Assembly (NCBI RefSeq): GCF_009914755.1
Contig: NC_060932.1
Strand: one strand, 5' to 3'
DNA from: the human T2T-CHM13v2.0 reference genome, Homo sapiens
Length of the DNA: 64,000 nucleotides
Notes under the pieces: generated by a model
Told to the model about the DNA's origin: nothing
Seen by the model: only the letters and a program-made list of their open reading frames with translations
The model's database searches: none
Translations under genes and position numbers: made by a program
Part shown: piece after piece, positions 54,166 to 64,000 of the stretch
Layout: every line of letters begins with the position of its first letter
Position numbering within the stretch: the stretch's first letter is position 1

Positions 54166-54479
54166 ATTCCATAAATAACAAATGACTACTCTTTAAAATT
54201 CTGGTTGAAGCTTTTGACTATTCCAACATAATTCAAGATTTTAGAGATGTTTTCTAATTTTGTTGTCATTTTCATTTCTGAAAACTTGTAAGAGAAATAA
54301 GCATAATAATTAAACAATTTCTCAAGCTTCCTTAAGAACATCTGAGCTATTTGAATCTAAGAATGTTAGTTCCTTCTCTTTTGGTCTTCTAATTTTATAG
54401 TACGTCTCACTTCATATTTTATATTCTTCCTTTTTTCAATATTGACTACATTTATCTCACTTACTCTTCCCAAGAAGCC

Positions 54480-54620
54480 TGAGGGATTTTATTACCCTGA
54501 TTTTATAGACAGAAACTGGGTCTCAGCCAGTTTCAAAATATTTCTCAAGGTCACATAGCCAGTCATGGCAGACACTGGATGACAATCCAGTTCTGTCTGA
54601 TGCCAGATGCCTATTCCTTC
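54480..54620 (-). mobile_element. MIR
   Basis: ttttatagacagaaactggg...caaggtcacatagccagt. Confidence 0.65.
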
Positions 54621-55347
54621 CACTTTGCTGGCTTCTAAAATTGAGAAAATTAAGTACGTAACCTGAGAAGAGGCAGGTTTGCATGGCCCTACATAGAAAT
54701 ACACATTAAGTGGTTCAGTTAGAGAAAATAATGGCATGCAATGCACACTGGCTTTATAGGAAATATAGGGCATAGCACTGATCACATACCATAATCCTGA
54801 TTTTTCTCTAACAGACCTCCTTCTTCTAGAAAATTCAACGAATCTCAGAGAACATAAACACAGCCCTGTAAGAGTTTCTATGGTTCCACTTAAGCAAAAC
54901 TGTTCATTAAACATCAAGCTCTTGTTTTTAGAATAAAAATACTCAAGAGTAAATATTTCCCCAAAGGGATCACTTTCTAGACAATTTTACAGGCTATTCT
55001 TTGTGAAGGAAATTTAGAAAGCATAAACCACACAAAAGCCAAAGTAAAATCTTTGGAATTTCATTCACTTCAACTAATAGCCTGAGAGCTTAGTTAGCAG
55101 GACACTTAATTTTGAAAAAGAACTTCTCTAAAACAGAAAGTAGATTGCACTGAAAAATGGGTAGTTGCTTTCAAAGTTGTTTCTGCTTAGTAAACTTTTA
55201 TTTTCTAGAGGAGACTTATTATCCTATCAAGAATCAAGGTTAATTTTGACAAGACTAGGATTTTCTCTGAACTCCAACTAAATCAAAGGAAGAAAGAATG
55301 AAAGGAAGGGAGGGGAGAAGGAGGGATGAAACAAAGAAAGGAAGGTA

Positions 55348-55738
<391 letters not shown>

Positions 55739-55806
55739 TTATTAATAAAGCACAATAACGGATGACTTACTTTAAAATTTGTGATGGCTTTAATATGTCA
55801 TCATTA

Positions 55807-56220
55807 CAGTTAACCCTAGAGCCACACTGGTTTGAACCATGTGGTTCCACCTATAGGTGAATTTTCTTCCACTTTTGCCACACCTGAGACAGCAAGATCA
55901 ACCCCTCCTCTTCCTCCTCCTCCTCAGCCTACTCCAGTGATGGTGAAGGCCTTTATGATGATCCACTTTCACTTAACAAATAGTGAATACTTTTTCTCTT
56001 CCTTAAGATTTTCTTAATAACGTTTTCTTTTCTCTAGCTCACTTACTGGAAGAATACAGTATATAATACGTGTAACATACAGAACATGTTATTGGTAAGG
56101 CTTCTGGTCAACAGTAGGCTGTTAGTATTTAAGTTTTGGGGGAGTCAAAAGTTATACATGGATTTTTGACTAGGTGGGGGATTGGTACCCCTAACCTGCA
56201 TGTTGTTCAAGGGCCAACTG
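55807..56220 (+). mobile_element. Tigger2a/MER28-like (TcMar-Tigger)
   Basis: Terminal inverted repeats cagttaaccct... / ...aagggccaactg, preceded by TA. Confidence 0.8.
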
Positions 56221-56775
56221 TGTTTTTGTTTTGGAAGTAGGTGTCTACACACACAAGTAAATGATAGAAATGTGAAGTGCTTTCAAATGCCAAATATTCT
56301 GAGAGAAGAGAACGCCTAGATTCATTACCCTCATTTGTCTTCACAGTGAAGGAGAATGTGAACGCTATATTTACAGTGTTGGCACCATTTGAGCTTCGAC
56401 TGTAAGTTTCGTGGTGAATATTCTAGGGCCTCAAGGCTCAGGATCTGGAATGCTCACATGAAGAGCAGAGCAGGAACCAACACAGGGAGCACACGGCTTT
56501 GCCTCTAATTCTTCTGCTAAGCAGACACTTCTTGAGTATCATCTTTTCTTCTCTGGGGTTCCTGGCACTGAGGCAAATGCATTGCAGTTCGCTCTTTAGT
56601 GAAAATGTCCTGCTGCCTTCAAGGTTCTTCCCTGTTTCTCATCTCAGCTCTGCAGCTTCTCTCCTCCACCCCTACCCTTGCCAACATGCCGAAGATGCTT
56701 CTGTCTTTCCCAAATAAGCATCTTTTACATGTATTTGCCAAGAGGATAAAGACAGGTATTAAATTTCTCAGTAGT

Positions 56776-57136
56776 TGCGATGACCTGAATGTTTGTGTCC
56801 CCATAGAATTTACATGCTGAAATGCTAACCCCCTCAAGGTATGATATTAGGAGGTGGGGCCTTTGAAAGGTGCTTAGGTCATGAGGGTGTAGCCCTCATG
56901 AATGGGATCAGCACCGTTATAAAAGGAACCCCCAGAGAGCTCACTCATCCTCTTTCTGCCACATGAGAATACAGAGAGAAGCTGGTCACCTACAAGCCAT
57001 GAAGCGGACCCTCATCAGACACCGAATCTGCTGGCATCTTGATCTTGATCTTAGACTCCAGAACTGTGATAAATAGATGCTTGTTGTGTAAGCCATCAAG
57101 TTATGCTATTGGGTTACAGCAGCCAATACTAAGACA
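56776..57136 (+). mobile_element. MLT1A-like solo LTR
   Basis: tgaatgtttgtgtcccc...ggaggtggggccttt...ctaagaca. Confidence 0.82.
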
Positions 57137-57779
57137 GGAATGTTCAGTTGAAAAGAACCTCACCATAAGAGAGCCATTCATAACGAGGAAGAGACATTGC
57201 CAATGGGAAGTTAGGAGTAAATGGAGGCTGTGGGAAGGTGTCAGGAGATTCAACAGAGTCCATTTTTTAATGGTTCCAGACTTGTAATATCAACTGGAAG
57301 AAAGTTTGGGGTCAGGATCTTTCAATATCCTTGATTCCAATCATTAGAGGACTTCCTACTGACCCCACCCATGCAGCCAGACTTTTTTACTCCTGCCACT
57401 TGTCACTTTTTCTCTCAGTTGCTTTTCTCCTCTTTTGAGGCTCTTCATATTTTTATTCCACCTCTCTCTTCAGTTCTAGGGTCCTCTCTCTTTCAGTATT
57501 TTCCAGACCCGTCTATCACAAGGAACAACACAGTGACCTGGAAAGTCTTGCTCGGGAAATCAAGAGGCCTGGCCTCTGGCTCTCAGCACTGTTACCCCTC
57601 ACTAGGGATGAGTGCTGGGGAAACACAGTTCTCTGTGCCTCCCTTTTGTGGATGTTCTCTCTGTCCCTTTAGCACTAACATTGTGGAGTTCAGCACTTGG
57701 TTTATTTTATAACTACCATTTCCTTTCCTCTCAAGATTCCTAGCTAATTCAAATAATCAGTTAGTTGAAATAATCAAAA

Positions 57780-57930
57780 ACATTGCTACTCAAAGAGAGG
57801 CCCCTGTGCGATTCATATGAGCATCACCGGGAAGCTTGTTAGAAATTCCAGTCCCAGCCCAGACCTACTGAGTCAGAACCTGTACTTTAGTGGGGTCCCA
57901 AATGATCTCTATGCACACTGAAATCTAGAA
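57780..57930. mobile_element. MER5-like hAT fragment
   Basis: gcatcaccgggaagcttgttagaaat...ccagacctactgagtcagaa. Confidence 0.6.
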
Positions 57931-59087
57931 ATTCTCTTCTCGAGAGGTGTTTGGGCACCAAGCGCAGAGCTCAGGAGCACAGTTCCTGGCAGTCCAAGGG
58001 AACAAGTCCTGCCGGGGCCACTGATGGAGGGTGTCCAGCAGATTCCAGGAAGCCCATTTTTTTCTGGTTGCAGCTTTTACCATTGACCTCAGTGACCCCA
58101 CAGCTTCCTCCTGATGCCACACCTGGCATGATGCCACCATGCAAGATCCAAGAACACCTTTTACCAGGAACAAAGAGCCAAATGTACCTCCCAGGATAAA
58201 GGAGAAGCCAGTGACAAATGAGCATAAGAAAAAATAAGCCCATCCTTCCTGCTTCTTGCAGATTTTGTCTTCTACAAACAGCCTTCAGTTCTTTCTCTGG
58301 ACTCCCATTTCTCCACTTCATCTTTCCAAAGGGGAGTACTGCTGGGGTGAATTCTCCCATCAGTTTCCTTTCTGACTTCTTTGAATCTAGCATTTTTAAC
58401 AGTTTTCTTTGGAATAATATTCACTGAATGACATAATTATCAAAAACGAGTAAAGGTGGCCAAGATATCTGGCATATAAATCAAACTCTGGCCCGGCTTC
58501 TTTCTTGATACCAAAAGAATGCTGCTTTCCGTGCACCTGCCGGTCCCCCCACAGCAACGGCAGATGCTGCTGTGGATGCAGCGCCCCTGCTAATCCTGGA
58601 TGTGAAGGTGAGAAACTCACTTTGGTTATTATTGGAGAAATAATTCCAGATTTCACCTGATCTCAAGTCACTCACAGCCTCAACCCCCTCTTCCCACAAT
58701 ACAAGAGAGAACCAGAAGTTATTTTTAAACTACTCTGAACTGCAGAAATAAACATTATATAAGCACCATGCATGAGGGTTGATGAATTTTATACCTTAGT
58801 CCCTCACTCAGAACTTATGTATTCTTGTTTGATACTTTGTTCTAATAAGCTTAGATATGTGATTTTGAAGCCATAATAAATTTTAAAAAAGACAGACTTA
58901 CTACAGGTAAGTGCACTGTGACTACTATTTGAGATCAAGGATGCAGGAAAAAAAGCAGAAATCCTATATATGCAAGTGCACACACACAAACAGTTGTTTG
59001 GGAGCATTTTATTTAGGGACAAAGATCCATTCCTATACTTGTCCCTGCGAATATTATTGTTACAACTCAGTATCTCAATTTATATTC

Positions 59088-59224
59088 TTTTACTTTTTTA
59101 AAAAACAGAGATGAGGTCTTGCTATGTTGCCTAGGCTGGTCTCAAATTCCTGGCTTCAAGTGATCCTCCCACCTCAGCCTCCTAAAGTGCTGGGATTACA
59201 GGTATGAGACACCACACCCAGCCT
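59088..59224 (-). mobile_element. Alu monomer (FLAM-like)
   Basis: Reverse left-arm monomer. Confidence 0.82.
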
Positions 59225-59236
59225 CCAATTAATATA

Positions 59237-59527
59237 TATTTTTTCGAGACATAGTCTTAGTCTGTCGTCCAGGTTGGAGTACAGTGGTGCAATCTAGGCT
59301 CATTGCAACCTCTGCCTCCTGGATTCAGGTGATTCTTGTGCCTCGGCCACCTGAGTAGCTGGGATTACAGGCGTGAGCCACCACATCCTGCTAATTTTTC
59401 TTTTTTTTTTTTGTATTTTTAGCAGATGCCATGTTGGTCAGGCTGGTCTCAAACTCCTTACCTCAAGTGAGCCGCCTGCCTCAGCCTCCCAAAGTACTAG
59501 GATTACAGGCATTAACCACTGCACCCA
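59237..59527 (-). mobile_element. Alu (AluS-like)
   Basis: Reverse Alu with a small deletion. Confidence 0.88.
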
Positions 59528-59913
59528 ATAATGCTGAGTCTTGCCCCAAATGTGAAATCTTCAGCAGTAATAAAAAAAGACAGGTAAGCATAAATTATAG
59601 TTAAACTGTAAAAAAGTATGACCATAGCATAAATGCAATTTAGACAAATTTCCATTGGAAATAGTTAAAATTATGTTTTGAGGTGCAATTTAAGGATTCT
59701 GACTACATAAAGTTTGACAGCACCTTAAAAATGTTAAAGAGGTTCTCATGTGCATTTTCTGTTATCCAAATGGGTTAGCAAAAACTTGAGATGAGTTTGA
59801 TTAAACAGCTCAAGGAAGATACATGGATTTCTAAGCACAAGGCAAGGAATCACCTCGAAGAAGTCAGGATGATTCATATGACTCTGTGAAATTTTGGATA
59901 AAATATTTTAGAG

Positions 59914-60451
59914 TGCATTAGGGTTTTCCAGAGAAAACAGAGCCAATATGATGTATATATGTAGAGAAAGAGATATATTATGAGGAATTGGTTCATGCAA
60001 TTATGGAGGCTGATAAATCACAAGATCTGCAGGGTGAATTGGCTGGAGACCCAGGAGAACCGATGCTTTGTTTCTAATCTGAGGCCACAGGCCTGGGAAC
60101 CAGGAGAGCTGATGGTGCAATTTTAGTCTCAAGGATGGCAGGCTTGAGACCCAGGAAGAACCAATGTTTCAGTTCAAGTTCAAGTCTGAAGGCAGAAAAA
60201 AGGCTGATGTACCAGAGTGAAGATGATCACATAGAAGGAGAGCATTCTCTCCTTCTCAGGGAGGGTCAGCCTTTTTGTTCTATGCAGGCCTTCAACCCAC
60301 TAGATGAGGTCCACCCACATTAGAGTGGGCAATCTGCTTTACTCAGTTTCCCCACTTAAACATCAATCTCATGAAAAGCACGCTCACAGAAACACCGAAT
60401 ACCTGGGAACCCCACGGTCCAGTCAAGATACGCATGAAATTAACTGTCACA
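59914..60451 (-). mobile_element. MLT2 (C/D-like) ERVL LTR
   Basis: attagggttttccagagaaaacagagccaat ... aaattaactgtcaca. Confidence 0.78.
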
Positions 60452-61014
60452 TAGGAATATGACAGTAAGAACAAATGTATGTAGAATCATATCCCTCAGG
60501 CTAGAAGGAACTTAGCAATTACTTCGTTCAACTACCAATATAATATTCCAGATCTTACTGCATCCCTGATAAATTATTCTTCAACCAAGATTTAAACAGC
60601 TTAGGGGTAGAGGAATAATTACCTCTATTTAGAGTGCATTCATCTTTGAGTAATTCTCTTAGAACACTAGTTTATATACCGAGGTACAATCAATATCCTT
60701 TCAGCACCTAAAAATAACACCTAGTTTTACCTTTTTTTTTTTTTGGTCTTCTTTAGTGGGGAAAAATCTCAGGAATAGGACTAAGGAGAGGTGAGGTTAC
60801 TCTCTTCCAATATTTCAAGACATTATTTGATAGAGAAATTGTACTTGTGATTTCTGAGTAAAAGGTATGGAAAGGCAAAAAGAAACATTTAAATAACCAT
60901 TACTGTCCAACCATGTAATAAACTGCCTGGAGAAACCCTGAGTTTCCCACTATTGGAGGCATTCTAATTTAGGCTTGGCCACCGATTGTCAGAGTACCAT
61001 ATAAAATGTTTCTT

Positions 61015-61381
<367 letters not shown>

Positions 61382-62501
61382 TTACAACTTCTCAATACTC
61401 AGCATTTTAATAATAATAATAAATCACTAAGACTTATTTAGTGCTTGTTGCACCACGCATGTACCAAGCATTTTACATGTATGATCTTACTTAATCGTTT
61501 CAACAACTCTATGACAGAGATGATGGTGTTAGTATTCTCATATGATGAATCAGAAAACCAAGACTTACAAAGATTAAGAATCCTGTCTTCAAATTATACA
61601 GATTATGAACCAGTGGTTGCCAAGGCTTGGCAGTGAGGGGAGGGGTTGATTACAAAAGCACACCAGAGAAGTTTTCTGGATGATGGAACTGTTCTATATC
61701 ATGATGGCTGAATGCATTGATCAAAACTCATACTAACATGGGTAAATTTTACTATGCAAATTACATCCCAATCAACCTGAGTTTTAAAATCTTGCCTTTG
61801 ATCCTACAGCTACTTAAAGCCCTTGTGTGTGTTAGCATATTTGCAAGTTTGGATTCTGAAGTTACTTGCTTTTTGCCCAAGGCCTATAATTTGGGTAAAG
61901 TGTCACATTTGCGACAGTGGTGCTTTGCCTAAGTTCACAGTTTATGCGGCCAGTACTCCATGGGGATTTCCATGTCCAAATAACTTTATCAAATTGTACT
62001 GTATTTGTCACTGTATTCATCTTTGTAATTCGCTTTTTAAGGCATGGTTTCCAACGTGGCTACACTCAGATTAACTGGAAAGCAAAGAGACATTTTCTTT
62101 ATCTCTATAATTATAATCTCTATAAATAGATTATAATTTCTATAATTATAATTTCTATAAATAGAAAGGTAATATCTTTCATAGTACCTGTTTCAGGCAC
62201 AGGGATTATTTTCTTCAATAAATAACATGAGGGGAACTGAGATTTGGATTCAGCATAAAGGAGCATTTCAGATGGTCACTGCTGCTCAGAGGTGAACCAG
62301 GTGCCCACCAGAGCAAGGGTGGCTTACGTCAGAGAACAGAGTATTTCTAAAATCACCTTTAACTGAATTTACCCAAGTCCCCACCCTGCCCCCAGAGACT
62401 CAGTGATTTCTCTAAAGGCATAGGGAAAATGGACTCAATGGATTTATAAATATAGAACACTCTGAGAGATAAGAGGGACACCTCTGGCTTTGCTTCTATT
62501 C

Positions 62502-62569
62502 CCACTCGGCTTTCCTTCTGTGCCCACTTTCCCTTCCACTCGGCTTTCCTTCTGTGCCCACTTTCCCTT
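62502..62569. repeat. Perfect 34-bp tandem duplication
   Basis: ccactcggctttccttctgtgcccactttccctt x2. Confidence 0.9.
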
Positions 62570-62957
<388 letters not shown>

Positions 62958-64000
62958 TGAACATGGAGATTCCTCCTGAGGGTAGTTTAAAGGCAAGATT
63001 TTGAGACAATTGGTGAATGAAGTCACTAGGCGTAATCAATTTCATAAATGAAGAATATTTTTATAATTAACATGTCTAAAGATATTTTCTAATTGCAACT
63101 GAAAGTTGTTAGATGTTAAAATAATCTAAGGTGATGAGTATTTATCAGTAAAGACAGAAAAGAAGGGATAAGGGTAAGTGCCACCTAAGCTGTGAAATAT
63201 TTTGAAAAGCAAAAAAGTATCATTCTTACTCTGTTCACATACATTTTGGAAGCCCATGTCAGACCTGGGCATACTGCACTGGTCCCTGAAACTCTCTAGT
63301 GTCAATGTGACCATAGACTAAACATGGCCATGAGTGCAGGATGCCGAAATCTTCACAGCACCGCAGCCCTGAGAGAGAAAGAGTGATTAGATACTTGGTG
63401 CTCAAGGACGGAGACTCACAGGATATGGGGTTGGCAACTCTCTGCAGCAACAGGTGCCCAGACCACTGCAAGGCAGGTGGTGCGACTTAGGGAAACTCAG
63501 CCAGGCGTCTGAGATTCTCCTCCCACCAGAGTTCATGACCCTAAACAACCCACTGTGTGTCCGGCTTCCATTTCTTACCTGCAACATGAGATGTACAGAA
63601 CTCCTGGAGCAGATTTCAGGATAAATCTGGAAACATTTGAATAGCTCATGTATTAAACATTTTAAATTAAATTTTGGTCTGACATTAGGGTTTCTGGAAG
63701 TTTCCTAGTTTTCAACATTTGCATGGAGTTTGAAATGTCAAACCATTGTGAAAATGTCTTCCACAGTTTCCAATGTCTAGCCAATCAGGCAAACAGCAAG
63801 CCAAGTGAATTGAGTAAGATAAAGACATTTTAAAATAGAATAATATTGCCCCATAGAACTTGTGTCACTGTTAAGACTGAGAAATATCAGAGAACAGTTT
63901 CTTAAGTTGCTCAATTGTGGTAGAAAAGGTTAAATAAAAGGGAAAAATTGCCTAATATGTACTCTCCTCCAAAACCTGAAAGTGGCAGGCACACAAGGCA

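Noticed and set aside
58560-58605. GC-rich patch with a CTCF-like gcagcgcccctgcta
   Set aside because: One G short of the AGRKGGC core; weak match

Overview
Primate (very likely human) genomic DNA. Bases 1 to about 29,100 hold the 3' part of INTS10 (Integrator complex subunit 10) on the + strand. Twelve coding exons (323-463 through 28672-28828) splice in phase into the C-terminal ~535 aa (...CDVLPLIINNHDV...[10 protein letters not shown]), followed by a short 3'UTR and an AATAAA at 29066. The promoter and first exons lie upstream of the window. The remaining ~35 kb is repeat-dense intergenic DNA (Alu, L1, MIR, L2, ERV1/ERVL/MaLR LTRs, hAT and Tigger elements, a ~690-bp GA tract); from recalled gene order it leads toward LPL, which is not in the window. 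Nearly all supplied ORFs are repeat or intron artefacts. I see no evidence for a wholly new gene system. The most interesting signals are in INTS10 splicing: a U12-type intron with a degenerate branch site beside a 75-bp MIR tandem duplication, an in-frame 78-nt cassette exon, candidate poison exons, an in-frame Alu-extended acceptor and two NAGNAG acceptors. Intergenic oddities include a telomere-variant G4/DR0 motif, a consensus CTCF site, head-to-head Alus and a tripled target-site duplication. Repeat subfamily names and exon numbers come from memory, not from a database search.
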